NCBI GenBank assembly: GCA_977017575.1
Contig: CDRNVI010000180.1
Span: 1 to 54,364, forward strand
DNA length: 54,364 bases
From: Paramoeba atlantica
Lineage: Eukaryota > Protista > Discosea
Direction of reading: 5' to 3'
A model generated the notes under the pieces. That model saw only the letters and a program-made list of their open reading frames with translations. It was not told the origin of the DNA and ran no database searches. Of this stretch, positions 24,530 through 37,135 are shown in pieces (the first letter of the stretch is position 1; each line of letters opens with the position of its first letter). The translations under genes and the position numbers were made by a program.

Positions 24530-25573
24530 ATGTTGGGTAAAATCCTTCTTGTCTCGTGTCTTCTTTCTGTCGCGTTCGCCCCAAACACCGACCTCCCCCT
24601 CATCACAGATGTAAACGATCCTGAGTTTCTCGATCCTGCCTATGAAAAACTTGAGAAGCTCGTCGGCACCTGGAATTCTCCGTCAATCGATCCGACGGGG
24701 TACAATGTCATGCCCGTACCTGACGGCAACAATGAAGTTGGAAAAGGTAACCAAACTGATTGGCAGTCAAAGAATTTCTTCTATTATGAGGAGATGACCT
24801 TCACAGCGCCTGGTGAGGCACCAAACCGTGGTCAGTTGTTTCAACAAGGGTGTTACGCCTTGACCTATGAGCAGCGCGTTTACTTTGCGACTGATCCCTT
24901 CCGTGGACTCGGAGGGTTGATGGCTCAGCCACCAGTCCCCTCAAGGGCAGCTGACACCTTGGTCCACTTTGAGAATGGTTTGTGGCTCCAGCTTCAGTTC
25001 GAGGCCCAACCCAAGGGTGCCTATGCTCCTCCCTCTCTCCCGTTTCCCCCAGAGAATGAACGATTCCCTCCAGAGCAGCCATCGGCCTATGAGATCTGCA
25101 AGCAAATCTCAATCCCACACGGCAACTCGATCCTTGCAACAGGTAGCGTCACTACCTACAAGGGTGCGCCTACGTTCGACACCAAGCCACCACCATATCC
25201 CCCCTTCACTCTCAACCACACTATCCAGAACCCCACACTCATTCTTCAGGCCCAGCTTGAGAAGGTGACTGTGGTCCAAACAACAGAATTCAACGTATCC
25301 ACCAACAACGTAGGGGGTGGATTGCTCAACCTGCAGTTTGAGCAGGGCAACTCCAAGGTCACCGGCTTTGACACACGATTTTTTATTGAGGAGCTTCGTG
25401 ATGGCTCGACCCAGTTGCAATATGTTCAGACCATCAGAATGCTGTTTGACGTCACCAGAAATCCCCAGGGGATCCCTGACCCCACCGACGGTGTGTCGAT
25501 TCCGTTCCTTCATATTACTGCCAACACACTTGTCCCCTCAAATGGTGAAACTTGCCGTGTTGGTTTCAATTAA
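24530..25573 (+). CDS. Secreted heme-binding beta-barrel-like protein (resembles the so-called FMP-type peroxidase / nitrobindin-like family), intronless
   Basis: 347-aa ORF with a signal peptide. Motifs LVGTW..GYNVMPVP, YYEEMTF, APNRG, LTYEQRV, HFENGLWL, SIPHGNSILA and LQYVQTI..F..HITANTL are recalled from this family; not database-checked. Confidence 0.6.
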   Translation: MLGKILLVSCLLSVAFAPNTDLPLITDVNDPEFLDPAYEKLEKLVGTWNSPSIDPTGYNVMPVPDGNNEVGKGNQTDWQSKNFFYYEEMTFTAPGEAPNRGQLFQQGCYALTYEQRVYFATDPFRGLGGLMAQPPVPSRAADTLVHFENGLWLQLQFEAQPKGAYAPPSLPFPPENERFPPEQPSAYEICKQISIPHGNSILATGSVTTYKGAPTFDTKPPPYPPFTLNHTIQNPTLILQAQLEKVTVVQTTEFNVSTNNVGGGLLNLQFEQGNSKVTGFDTRFFIEELRDGSTQLQYVQTIRMLFDVTRNPQGIPDPTDGVSIPFLHITANTLVPSNGETCRVGFN

Positions 25574-26009
25574 TTCACCATTTTTTGATGAAAATTGTGC
25601 TTTCAAAAGCACCAAACAAAAACACTTTTTATTTTTTTTTTTATCTTTCTTGAGAATAAATGATAAAAATTTCACAATCAATCTCACAATTATTCCCAAA
25701 ACAACTGATCTTCAGTGCGAAAAAAACAACCGGAAGAGAAAAGGGTTGCCTTTCTGTGTTTTATTTTTTCCCTCCTTCCCCACTGATCAAAAATTGACTG
25801 GATGAAAAGTCAGAAAATTCCTCTTTTGCAACACAGGGCGACTGACGGAAAAATCGTTTCGTGGTGTAAAAAAGAAAAAAAGAATTTTGGGAATGGATTT
25901 TTCAATACATTTTTGGATGCGCGGGATGGACTACCTTTGAGAAAAAGACTTTTTTTGTTTTTTTGGTTTTGGATTTTTTTTTTTCGTTTTCGCCCTCTTC
26001 TGTTTTTGA

Positions 26010-27146
26010 ATGTTGTGGTTTTCTTTGTTGATTTCTCTTCTCTTTTGTTGGTCTGTTTCTGCTCAGGACACTAGAGAAATCCTTCCTGGTGATATCCTCC
26101 ATGGTTCTGTGAATTCCACAAATTATGATTACTACTCCTACACACCTGAGAAGAATTTGATCCAATTCGATTGGATTGTGACCATCTTGGAAGGGAATGG
26201 TCATTGCACTATTTACGACAACCAATCCCCCTATTTTCCTTCCACATACTACTACACCAACAGCGTTGATTCCATCCAAGGTCATGCTTTCTTCAACGAA
26301 ACGAGTTTCGATGGCGTCAGACATGATGACATTTATTATCTTGCGGTGTATGCTCCTTCTACTTCTCCGACCAAGGGGTGTCGATATACCGTCCAATTGA
26401 ACCTCGTTCCCTACTCTTGCCCAAATAATTGCAGCCTCCATGGACACTGTTATTCTGAGAGCTGTTCCTGTGACCGAGGTTATGACGGATATGAATGCCA
26501 AGATCGCTACGACCGCTTGGACCGAGATGATTTGATGGTTGGTTATGTGGGAGGGTATGGTTGGAATTATTATAACATTCTCTCAGAAAAACCTCTCATT
26601 GTGTGGATGAACACCACCTCCGATGTTGTTTGTGAACTCTACACTCACAAGGAGTATTTTCCGTCTCAAACTGTGTATGAATCAAGCAACAAACATAATG
26701 TCTCTGTCAACAAGATGATCAGAATGTCGGTTGATAAGGGTGATAATGTTTTGTGGTATATTGGTGTGCATGGCAACGGATGTCAATACTCTTTGATTGT
26801 CCAAGAAACAGAGTTTAATAACTGGGAATCTGCTTCCCCTATTCTTGCCACAATAGGGCTAATTGTTTTGATAATTTTGGCTGTGGTTTTTCTTGCGACT
26901 TTGAAGTTCTTTCTGAGGAGAACAGTGACGATTTGCCTTTTGGGTACAATCGAGGCAGTTGTTGTTGCTGGGACAAAAGAGGACCCAAAACCTTATTCTT
27001 CTGTTTCTCAAAATGATGAGGATGTTGAGTTGCAAGAGTATTCAACTCTTGCGTTTGAAGAAGATGAAGAAGGAGGAGGGAATGATGAGGAGGAGGTGTC
27101 TTTAAAAGACCAAATTGAAGAAGATTGGAACTCTGATGAAAAATGA
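26010..27146 (+). CDS. Type I membrane protein with one EGF-like domain and an acidic cytoplasmic tail, intronless
   Basis: Signal peptide, CPNNCSLHGHCYSESCSCDRGYDGYEC, a hydrophobic segment (ILATIGLIVLIILAVVFLA) and an E/D-rich C-terminus. Confidence 0.8.
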   Translation: MLWFSLLISLLFCWSVSAQDTREILPGDILHGSVNSTNYDYYSYTPEKNLIQFDWIVTILEGNGHCTIYDNQSPYFPSTYYYTNSVDSIQGHAFFNETSFDGVRHDDIYYLAVYAPSTSPTKGCRYTVQLNLVPYSCPNNCSLHGHCYSESCSCDRGYDGYECQDRYDRLDRDDLMVGYVGGYGWNYYNILSEKPLIVWMNTTSDVVCELYTHKEYFPSQTVYESSNKHNVSVNKMIRMSVDKGDNVLWYIGVHGNGCQYSLIVQETEFNNWESASPILATIGLIVLIILAVVFLATLKFFLRRTVTICLLGTIEAVVVAGTKEDPKPYSSVSQNDEDVELQEYSTLAFEEDEEGGGNDEEEVSLKDQIEEDWNSDEK

Positions 27147-27403
27147 ATTTTTATTTATTATATTGACATGACACATGAAACTTATTTTCTTTTTTCTTTT
27201 GCAAATTCGATCCAAGACATTATGAACATTTTTTATTGTGTGACTGAATACTAAAAATTTCACAACCATTTCAAAAACCGATTTTTGAAAAGGGAATTCT
27301 TTTTTGTTTTGTTTTTTTGTGTGAATTTTTTTTTTTTCTGAGAAATTTCTTTTGTTTTCGAGGAAGAAAATTAAGAGTGTGAGGAAGGCGAGATTGTTTG
27401 AAA

Positions 27404-28350
27404 ATGACAACATCTTTTCTCAACATGGATCATGTTATTGCGGGAGCGGTGTTGGTGGGATGGCCATTGCATGACACTTTTTTGATGTGGCCGCCCCTTC
27501 TTCATGCGTTTGAGAGTAAGGACGAACAACAAATCAAAAAGAGCAGGATCCGTGCTTATTGCTTGGCGATTGGAATGCCCTGGGCAACTCTTGCTGGAGG
27601 TTAGGCTTTTTTCACACAATCTCCTTTTCCTTTTTCCTTGTCTTTTTACCTTTACCCTTTTTCTTTCCTTTTTTTCCTTTCTTCCCACTTTTTTTTTCTT
27701 CTTCTTCTTTAACCCCCGTCCTTTCCTGCCTTCTCCCAGTTTACTGTGCATCTCAAATGGGAAGGCTGAGTGGAACTCCCACTGATTTCCTCCTTTCCCA
27801 ACCTGCACTCCCCAAAGTCATGTCATACAGGACAATGGCTACGGCGGGGTTGTGTACCATTGCAACCATTGACACATGGACCCCTCTCATCCTTGCCCTG
27901 ACTGGCAGTGGAGATATGGAGTTGCACCAAAAGAACATTGAGAGCGCCTCCTTCAACTGTTTTTGGCCAAGCTCACCTTCTGAGCTCCTTGGATGGGTTG
28001 GTGTATCAGTTACAGCAGGTGTTGCGGAAGAGATCCTCTTTCGTGGGTTCCTTCCACACTACCTCCTTACTTATTGCAATGTCTCAAGCGTTGCTCTTGC
28101 ACATGCCATTTCTGCTGTTTTGTTTGGGGCAGGCCATTTGTATGCTCGCACAAGCTCAGATGCTGGGATCCTCAGCAACTGGAAAGGAGCTCTGGGGAGT
28201 ATGATAATTGGTGGAATGTTTAGTTTGGTGGCTCTGCAAACCAATTCCATTCGCATCCCTATTGTCTGCCACGCTCTCATAGATGTTGGGGTTGGTGCAT
28301 TTGCATACACAGTGAGACAACAAAGAAAAACTATTAAAAAAGTCGATTGA
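27404..28350 (+). CDS. CPBP / type II CAAX prenyl-protease (Abi/Rce1-like) family membrane protein; one intron (27600-27739)
   Basis: Hallmark motifs GVAEEILFRG, SAVLFGAGH and PIVCHALID; several hydrophobic helices; an in-frame phase-1 GT-AG join. Confidence 0.85.
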
Positions 28351-28975
28351 GTGGATTATTGTCTGGTCAAGAGATTTGATCAGTGTTCTTGATTTGGTTA
28401 GATTTTTGTTCTATTTTTTTTTGTATTCTTTATTTGATTGTGTTTGGTTTCTTTATTTCCAATTGCGAGATGGTTTTGGTTGTTTGGTTGAACAGGTTAG
28501 AATTAAAATAAGTCAGTAAAGAGTTTTAAACTAAGTTTCCTTTGTTCAAATTCAAGAAAGCAAAGAAAAAGTTCTTTTTCAAAATCAAAAATTGAATGTA
28601 AAGTTCAAAGACCATGTTTCTCTCTCTTTCATTTTTTCATCCACATCACCCTACACTTTTGTTTTCTTCAAATTTCCTTTTTTTGATCAACCTTGAAGAA
28701 AAAAAAAAACTTGTGGGACCAACAAAATCCATTTCCAACAAAAAATTCTACAAAAATTGCCATTCAAACAAGGAATATTTTCAAGAAAATCAAAAATTTG
28801 TTTCGGAGATTAATGTTGTGTACGCTTCTTGTTTTTTTTTCAAAACACTGAATTTCAAGAAAAATCAAACGAACAACAAAAACCTAAACCAAAGTTTTTT
28901 ATTTCCATTGCCAAGGATAAAAAAAAGAGGGTAAGAGATGCAAACTAAAAAGAGGGAAAAATAATAGGGAAAAGC

Positions 28976-29581
28976 TCACTCCCTCATCTCAAGCTCATCT
29001 CTCCTCAAACGCCTCATCTCTTGTATTTCTTGAGCTAGAGAACAACAATGACAGAAAGAATGAAGCAAACAATCATGCCAAACACTTCCCTCCAGAGAAT
29101 ACCGCAACCGCATGTCAACACGATGAACAAAACCCAACACCCACTGAGAACAAGAACAACAACAACAGAGAAAAATATAAACACAACACCACAATGCACT
29201 TGAACCCTCCCCCTCCTGGTTTCCTTCACGGAGTGCTTGAATATTCCCAAAGTTTTCACAAGGACAACAGAGATCTCTGAGGTCACATCCCCACAGCCCA
29301 TATTCCCATGGATTCTGAGGAGTTGTGAGTGTTTCCTCTCTTCTTTCTCTTTCTCCTTCTTCTCCTTCTTCTCCTTCTCCTCCTTCTCCTCCCAAATCCA
29401 TGAGCAATACTTCATCCAGGTGTTCACCTCCTCTTTCCAAAGATGGACCATCTTTTTCAATCTCATTGTCATCAACATATCCCTTCCAGGTTGGTTGAAA
29501 TTTAACAATCAACACAACAATCCACAACAAGCACAACGGATGTTGATGGCAGAGACAAACGGCAGCATTCGAAGGTCTCAC
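28976..29581 (-). CDS. PLAC8-family cysteine-rich protein (start codon uncertain)
   Basis: WEYGLWGC..LCCPCENFG..CCVY..GFVHRVDMRLRYSLEGSVWHDCLLHSFCHCCSLAQEIQE matches the PLAC8 pattern. The listed ORF starts at GTG. Confidence 0.75.
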   Translation of the reverse strand: MRPSNAAVCLCHQHPLCLLWIVVLIVKFQPTWKGYVDDNEIEKDGPSLERGGEHLDEVLLMDLGGEGGEGEEGEEGERERREETLTTPQNPWEYGLWGCDLRDLCCPCENFGNIQALREGNQEGEGSSALWCCVYIFLCCCCSCSQWVLGFVHRVDMRLRYSLEGSVWHDCLLHSFCHCCSLAQEIQEMRRLRRDELEMRE

Positions 29582-30092
29582 ATTTTTTGTCTTTTGTTTT
29601 TGGCCAAGTGTTCATCGAAAATAACCTGTTGCAGGGAGGTTATTGGGGAGGTTCTTGGAGAGAAAGTATGAGTTTTAAGATTTTTAAAGACTTAAAGAAA
29701 ACAGAGGTACCTCTTGTGGAAGGCGAAGAGCGGCAAGAATTTGAGTTCGAACTCGAGGAATCAGCAAAGCCTCTTCAATGAATTTCCAGAACGCCTCATT
29801 TTTTGGGCGTTCTGGGTCCTCGTTCGATCAGACATCCTCACATGGGCCTGTTTGATTCTGCGATTCAGTAGAGGTGACCTTTTCCTCTTTTTTTTTTTTT
29901 TCGTTTCGGGTTAAATTGTCTCGCCGGGTTAAAACAGTTGCTCTACCTGCCAGAGAAAAGAAGAAAAAGAAAAAAAGATGATGATGACGACAAAAGGGGG
30001 AAAAATAATTTTTTTCAGAAACCGAAAATCTTCTCTTTTTTTTTTTTTGCAGAAAGAAGATTTTCTGAAAAAGATTTTCTTAATTTTGTTGC

Positions 30093-32099
30093 TCAAGCAT
30101 CAACTTCTGTCCCATTCGGGGTCGTTCTACTGGTTCGAACAGCGCGAATATTTTCAGTTGTATTTTCTTCTGGGTAGAAGATGACAACATAAAATTTGGG
30201 GAGGAAGATGAAAGAAAGGGTGGCAATGGCACGATACATTGCCTGGACACACAAAAGGATAGTCCGCGCTTTGTATTGGTCCAATTCCATGGTATAAATG
30301 AGAGGGAGGAAAATCAACTCCAGAATAGCAACATTGTACAGAGACAAACTGATCTCACTCGTCTCACAGAAATACCCATGGAGTCGTCGTGTGAGATAGG
30401 CCAACACAATACCAGCACAAATCCACACACACAAATATCCCCATACTAATCCAATCCACAAGGCCTCATTCGTATCACCACAGTATAAATACTGCTCATC
30501 TAATTCCAAATCATCACTAGTTTCGCGTGTAGCCTGGTAAGGGTCAGATGCTTGCCAAGCGATCAGGATAATTAACATTCCGAGCAAACCGATCCCGATG
30601 GCTGCAAGAAGTTGGGAAACAGGAATTGATGTGGGGAAGAACTTGTGGGTTGTCCTGAACAATTTCCACAGTCGAAAGTTCTTCACTACAATGGCACTCA
30701 ACATCATTACAAATCCCACCATCTCCATCCAAATAGAGACCATACACACTGAATCTGTTGGCTTTTGGAGGTATGTGTAAGCTGCAGCAAATTGCATCCA
30801 TGCCCCCAAGAAAATGACTCCACAAAATAGAGGGGACGCAATTTGAATGATAGGTGTGGAGGCGAACATAACGAAGAGGACGAAGTAGACAAATGACAAT
30901 GCAACACACAAAGATACAATAACCATCATGGCAATGTAGATCGATGAGCCACTTTCCAAATACACATCCTCAAAATAGAAATTTCCTTCAATTGGAGTGA
31001 CATAATCCAGCAAATAAGGCATGCTTACTAAGACAGACAAACACTCCTCCCCCATTTCAGGTTGGTCCTCAGGGAGAACACCTGCGATGGCGTCTTCCCC
31101 ACAAAAGATTACTTCCTCTCCATGTGAAGCATTTCGAACTCGTTCACGTTCAGAGAAAAAAAGGGGTAAAATCTCGGGATCAACAATCTCACTAGGAGGT
31201 GAAATATCGACAGAAGCAAAATTATTCAAACCAGCAAGGATTCGTTTTTCAATTTCCTCACCAGCAAGATAATGTTGGACAATATCTACATACAACTCAC
31301 CCCAATTGAACATCGCAGATGTCAGCACAGATGGGCCTAATTTTGCACGAAAGTCATCAGTAAATCCAGAAGAGTACACCTCCTTCCCTTGCGCATACAG
31401 TTCAGCGACCATTGCGGCTGGGATAGTGTTGCCTGTGTACGCCATCACATTGTCAGCTCCCAACTCCAACAGCTGTTCAGCTCCTTGTTTGTGAATTCGG
31501 GGGTCTGTAAACGAGAACATAATCACAGACAAACATTCAACCTCTGGGTTGGCCAACCGAGCTCCAAGGCAGAACGCATTGATGGCTTTTGAGTTTGGTA
31601 TTCCTAACGGACTCAAAAATCCAATTTTATTGGTCTTGGATGTGTGCCCTGCCAGAATACCAGCCAAATAAGATGCTTGATATAACATCCCGTCGATTGC
31701 GATTAAGTTCGGAAGCTCCTCCTCAAAGACAGTGGCTGGCATCTGGATGAAGAGAACATCCGGATACTTCCCAGCCAATTCGAAGGCTTGATCATGATAA
31801 CCAGTTGATGTGAAAAATATGACCTTGTACCCCTGCTCGATATACCGCTCCGCTGTGGAGATTGTTTCCTCTGGAATCCATTCGTTCGTCGTGACCACAC
31901 TGGTGAGAACTTTTTCCTCCAAAGCTGTTGCCACAGCTTGGCGACCTAACTCATGACGAAAAGCCCACGCATGTTCCAGCGCACCATTGAGGAAGAAGAG
32001 AACTTTTGTAATCTGTCTCTCTTCAGGAGGATCAGCCTGAGAGACAACACAACCAAACCACCAAAGAAACCCAATCAAAACGCTCAACACAATCCGCAT
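30093..32099 (-). CDS. Family C-type GPCR with a BMP (basic membrane lipoprotein-like) extracellular domain, Dictyostelium Grl-like architecture, intronless
   Basis: Signal peptide from ATG 32099. BMP-type ligand domain (YQASYLAGILAG..TNKIGF..NAFCLGAR..NP). Seven TM segments with ASPLFCGVIFLGA, VKNFRLWKLF, F.ET.EI and FLPK. Confidence 0.85.
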   Translation of the reverse strand: MRIVLSVLIGFLWWFGCVVSQADPPEERQITKVLFFLNGALEHAWAFRHELGRQAVATALEEKVLTSVVTTNEWIPEETISTAERYIEQGYKVIFFTSTGYHDQAFELAGKYPDVLFIQMPATVFEEELPNLIAIDGMLYQASYLAGILAGHTSKTNKIGFLSPLGIPNSKAINAFCLGARLANPEVECLSVIMFSFTDPRIHKQGAEQLLELGADNVMAYTGNTIPAAMVAELYAQGKEVYSSGFTDDFRAKLGPSVLTSAMFNWGELYVDIVQHYLAGEEIEKRILAGLNNFASVDISPPSEIVDPEILPLFFSERERVRNASHGEEVIFCGEDAIAGVLPEDQPEMGEECLSVLVSMPYLLDYVTPIEGNFYFEDVYLESGSSIYIAMMVIVSLCVALSFVYFVLFVMFASTPIIQIASPLFCGVIFLGAWMQFAAAYTYLQKPTDSVCMVSIWMEMVGFVMMLSAIVVKNFRLWKLFRTTHKFFPTSIPVSQLLAAIGIGLLGMLIILIAWQASDPYQATRETSDDLELDEQYLYCGDTNEALWIGLVWGYLCVWICAGIVLAYLTRRLHGYFCETSEISLSLYNVAILELIFLPLIYTMELDQYKARTILLCVQAMYRAIATLSFIFLPKFYVVIFYPEENTTENIRAVRTSRTTPNGTEVDA

Positions 32100-33505
32100 C
32101 TCGATAAAACAATCCGCTGCAAAAAAAAAACCAAAAACGGTGACACCCAACGTTGCCGAAAAATGGACCCCCACATTCAAAGAAGTTTCCAACAAAAACT
32201 CGTTCACAAATAAGGGTTTCGGGTTGTTCTCTTTGTTCTCAAGGTGGCTTTCCTGGGGGACCTGAGGGTCAGAAAAGTCAGGAAAATGAAAGGTTTCTGG
32301 TTCAAATTATTATGTTGTCCAACTCCCCTGAACCAAAAAAAAAAAAAAGAGGAAAAAAAAAGAGGAAAAAAAAAAAGTCAAAGCGGAATCCTGAGCTCAG
32401 GATTCCAAAAAAAAAAAACGATGCAAAATCGATTTTCCGGTTTTCCTTTTTTAAAATTCGTTTGTTCTTTTTTCGTGAATTTTTTGGTTTTGGATTTTTG
32501 GTTTTGGTGGGGATGGGAGAAAAAAAAGTGGAATCAGAGGATATCCTCCGGAAGGATCGAAGATGAGTTGGATTGAGTTGTGGTTTAGTTCAAAATCGGC
32601 AAATGGGGGCTGGCTCTCTCTATCTCCTCTAACTTTGGGGAGCTTACTTTTGTCTCAAAACAAGAAGTTTCACGTGAGCGGACTAAAAAGAAAAAATCAC
32701 CTGTTGTTGGATTTTCAATTCAAAGTGAACGACAGATCTTCCTCAAAGCTTTGTGGTATTTGTGGATGAGAAAAAGTTCAAAAAAAAAGAGATTGATGAT
32801 GGGATGTTTCATGGTCAATGAGCGTCTTCCACTCCAGTAAATAATTTTCCTTTCCTTTTTCTTTTGGTTTTTTTGTTTTTGTTTTTATTTTTTGAAAAAG
32901 AAAAAGAAAATCCACCCGCTCTTTCTTCAGCTAATCCATCCTCTTTCTTTTCCTCCTCTGTCGTCCCTTCTTCTCTTCTTCCTCCAATTCATTTTTTTTC
33001 AAGTTCTTTCTTTTTCCCCTCTTGCGTTTCCTTCTTTCTTTTCTTGTCCTTCTTCTTTCCCAGCATTTCGACTAGGTCGTGTTTTTCCAAATACTTTTTA
33101 AATGCGAAATTTAAAGTTTCTGCCCAGACACTGACACTATGATGTTTTTGAATTTTGTTGAACCCAAAAGATCAGTTATTCCTTCTCAAAACCTTTTGGG
33201 GTGGTTTGTCTTCCTCCTCTCTGACTTCATCACTGCCGCTGTGTTTGCCAAGAATGAAAGTTTTCGTTTTCCCAAATTGGGCAAATAAAATATTCTTTCC
33301 CAAAATCCTTTTATAGAATTTTCCTGATTTGGTGATTTGGGAAGAGCTGTGTTTTGGGTGAAAGTGGAGGAAGTTGTTTTCGAGCTTCTTCTCAAGAACA
33401 AGAACTTCTCAGAAGTTCTCTGAGAATGGAAGACCCTCATTTTTTATTTGGATTCAATTATTCATTTTTAATTTTTTTGTTTTCATTCAAAAAACTAAAA
33501 ACATT

Positions 33506-36500
33506 ATGGTTGACAAATCTGCTTGGTTGAGGTTTTTTCTCCTTCTTTGTTCTCCTTCTTTGTTCTCCTTCTTTGTTCTCCTTCTTTGTTCTCCTTCTTT
33601 GTTCTCCTTCTTTGTTCTCCTCTTCCACCCTTTTAACTCTTAAATTAGGACTTCTCTCACAGCACAACAACTTGAGAATGTTCGGAAAGTGAAAAATTCT
33701 TATGATGACTGTTTTCGATACATTCAGGTTCCTGATTTTTGTCTGATTTAAAAAGAAAGTTCTTTCTTGTTGAAGGGAAAAAATATCATGTTGAAGGAAG
33801 ATGAAAGAAGAAAAAGAAGAAAAGAGAATTTTGATTTAATTTGAAAAAAAAAATAGTCTCGAAAAGAAGGAGATGTTCAATTGATTTCGCAAGAAGATGT
33901 TGTTCCTTTTTTTGAGACAGCTGCTGAACTCACAGTTTTTTTTTTCTCTTTTGTTTTTGTTTTGTTTTCTTTTCTCTTCCTTCTTTGTTTCTCCTTCTTT
34001 TCATTTTTTTTTCTCATGCACTCAATCTTCAAAAACTCAAAAAGGTGAGAATTCGAAATTATTTGGATGATACCAACCTTGGCTCCAAAATGCGAATTCA
34101 AGTTTTCTTTTCTCTTTCAAATGAAATATTTTAATTCATGATCTTCTCTTGTTCTCAAAAAAAATCATTAACCCAAGTTAAATCATTAATGATTAATTAA
34201 TTTAAAAAAGGGTGGGTCTTCTCAAGAATATTTGTGGGGAATTGAGTCTCAACCCAAAAAACAGCCAAAGGAGTTTTTGAAAGGTCTTTTTTTCCTTTTT
34301 TTTCTCTTTTTTCTTCTTATTTTCTTCCTTGTACACAAAAAAAGTAATACCATTTTTTAGGATTGATACATGCTACTTTTCGTGACACCAAAGGATACGT
34401 TGAGGTAAAGAAAAGAGAAGAGAGGAGAGAAAAAAAGAAAAAGAAAAAAAGAATCTGAAAAAAAAAAAAAAAGAATCTGAAAAGAGAAAAGGAGAATTTT
34501 TTCTTTCTTTTTAATCTCTTCAATTTCAAAATAGGGTTTAAATGCTCAGGAAATAGATGAGTTTATTGATCTTTTTGCTCATGGTATTATTTGTTTTTCT
34601 CTTTTATTATTTTTCTTATTCTTGAGAATATTGATTTCTATGATTCTTCATTCTTGTGATTATCTTTCCTTGGTTTTTTATCTCTCTTTCTTCTTTTCTT
34701 CTTTTAATATTTATGTTTTTCACAGAGTCCAAAGAGGCTCCTTGGGATCCAGAACAAAGTTTGATTTTCTTTTCTTTCTCAAGAGATTTGGAAGAGAAAG
34801 AGAGAGGAGGGGAAGAGAAAAGGATTTGATAGAAAAAATGAAAAAGAAAATTGATCAATTGAATAGTTCAAACTGGAATGGAAAATCTTCAAAAGGAACT
34901 TGGAAATTTTTCTACTTCTCTGATTAATTCTGATGCAAAGGTTTGTTGTAGAACAGTCTCTTTTTATTAAAATTAAGTTAATATTTCTTCTATTTCAAAG
35001 AAAGTCAATTCAATAATTCAATGAATTTTTAGAGAAATCATTCAAAAAAAGCTGCAGCTCACATTGCCTTGGCCTATTGCCATCTGCTTGCCCTAAAAAT
35101 GAATGCAAACATGGAAGTTGATGATATTAATATTGTTGTTCAAGTTCATATTTCTTTTCATATTTCTTTTCATATTTCTTTTTTCTTTGATGATTTCTGT
35201 TGGATGTATGTTTGTGATCTGCAACAATCAAATAATACAGGACAATAGGTTGAGAGTGTCAGAAAAAATGTGGATTCTCTTCAGCCAAAAATTCATTCTT
35301 TAGATAAGTAATTAATTTTTTTTTTCAACAAAAGAGAAAATGAGACTGAAATTATTGTTATTCACAAAAAAAAATAGGGAATCCCAAGCATTGGAAAAGA
35401 TGATAGAGGAAGAAACCTCTCATCCTTCGGAATGTAAATTTGAAGCAAAAGGTTCAAAAAGAAAAGAAAAGAAGAAAAATGAAGAAAGAGGAATCCTTAT
35501 CTGATTTGTTTATTTTTTAGTGATGAAGAGAAAATGTGCAGAGCTTTCAGAACTTCTTATGCAAAGTCTTTTCAAATTGGGTATATTTTTACAAAAATAG
35601 TTATGAGAAAAAAGTACAAGAAAGAAAAGAGAAATGAAGAAGAAGCAAGGGCCTCAATAAAGCAAATAAGAAGGACATGATTGACAAGTGAACAAAGAAG
35701 AAAATGATTGATAAGGTTGGCAGATTCGATTGAGGGAGGGACACAGAGTAGGGGATTGAGAAGAGAACAAACTCAAAGAACCAATACTCTTTTGGATCAA
35801 GTAGATTTGATGAAAGAGCGAGTTCAACATGTTCAGGTTAGATTTTATTATTTCAATTTTGATGTGGTTTGGTTTGTGGTTTGATTTGTGGTTTGATTCG
35901 TGGTTTGATTTGTGGTTTGATTTGTGGTTTGATTTGTTGATTGGTTGTTGATCGGTTATTGATTGGTTTTTGGTTGTGATTGATTGATTATTTTGAAAAA
36001 TTCATTCTAACCTTTTGATCAGACATTAATTGATGAAGATGAGAGACAACAAAAAAAGGCTGAAGAGGAAAAAAGGATGAAAGAAGAACAAAGAAGAAGA
36101 AAAGAGAGGAGGGAGAGGGAAATGGAGAGGGAAAGGGAGAGGGAGAGGGAGAGAGAGAGAGAAAAGCAAAGAGCTTTAAAAAAGTAAGTTTTTTTCTTTC
36201 TCCACCTCCTTCTTCTTCCTTCTTCTTTTCTCTTCCTTCTTCTCTTTTTTTCTTTTTCTCAAAGTATGATTTTTAGGAAAAAAATGGAAATATTGAAGCA
36301 GAGGTGTAAAGTGTTTTTTTTGTTCTTTTACTTTGCTTCTTCCTTCTTCTTCTCTTTTGGACTTGAACTTTTTTGATTGGATGTGGGGGGGTTGTGTGAA
36401 TATTGTGATGAGTTGTTTTGGATTATTGTTCTGGGGTGTTAATAGGCTCGAGTTGATTGGATTGGGGGGGGGGGTTGTGTGAATGTTGTGATGAGTTTTG

Positions 36501-37135
36501 ATTGGATGGGGGGGTTGTGTATGAATATTGTGATGAGTTGTTTGGGGTGTCATGGGGTGTTATTCTGTCCCCAAAAACAAAGGAAAGCTCTTCGCTCTCT
36601 TGCCAATCTCAACACTTCAAAAACTTAAGTTTTGGTTTCTTTTTATTTTCTCTCTTTATTTTTAAATTGTGTTTTTGTTCTTTTTTCTTTTTTTCTCTTT
36701 TCTCATTCTTTTTTTCTCTTCTTCTCTTTTCTTCTTTTTTGTGAAGATAAATTTTTATATTTTATATTTTATATTTTATATTTTTTTTTCATATTTTCAA
36801 GTTTTATTTCTATTTCTCTCTCTCTCTCTCTCTAAATAAATATATTTATTTTGGATTTTTATTTTTCTTTCTCACTTTTTTTCTTTCTCTCACTTTCTTA
36901 TCTTTTCTTCTTCTTCTCTTTCTCTTCTCTCTCTCTCTCTTCTCTCTTCTTTCTTTCCCTCTCTCCTTCTTCTTATCTTTCTCTCCTCTTTCCCTCTTCT
37001 CTTTTCTCTTCCTCCTCTCTTTTTTTCCTTTTCTTTTTCCAACACACACAGCCTTTGGAACAATGACATTGGAGATGAAGGAGCGAAAGATATTGCAAAG
37101 TCCCTCTCAACAAATGCAACACTTCAAACACTTCA
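33506..37135 (+). pseudogene. Multi-exon coiled-coil plus RNI-type LRR gene, apparently frameshifted and truncated at the retroelement cluster
   Basis: A chain of GT-AG exons starts at MVDKSAWLR (some internal exons uncertain). An 84-nt phase-2 LRR exon at 37052-37135 reads LWNNDIGDEGAKDIAKSLSTNATLQTL. The preceding exon (36583-36628) hits TAA at 36626 unless 1 nt is removed near 36608. I recognise no further LRR exons after the LINE at 37294. Confidence 0.55.

Noticed and set aside
484-37135. Alternative genetic code or stop-codon readthrough
   Set aside because: The genes I reconstructed splice into open frames with canonical GT-AG introns. In-frame stops are confined to decayed copies and align with Trp or Arg codons.
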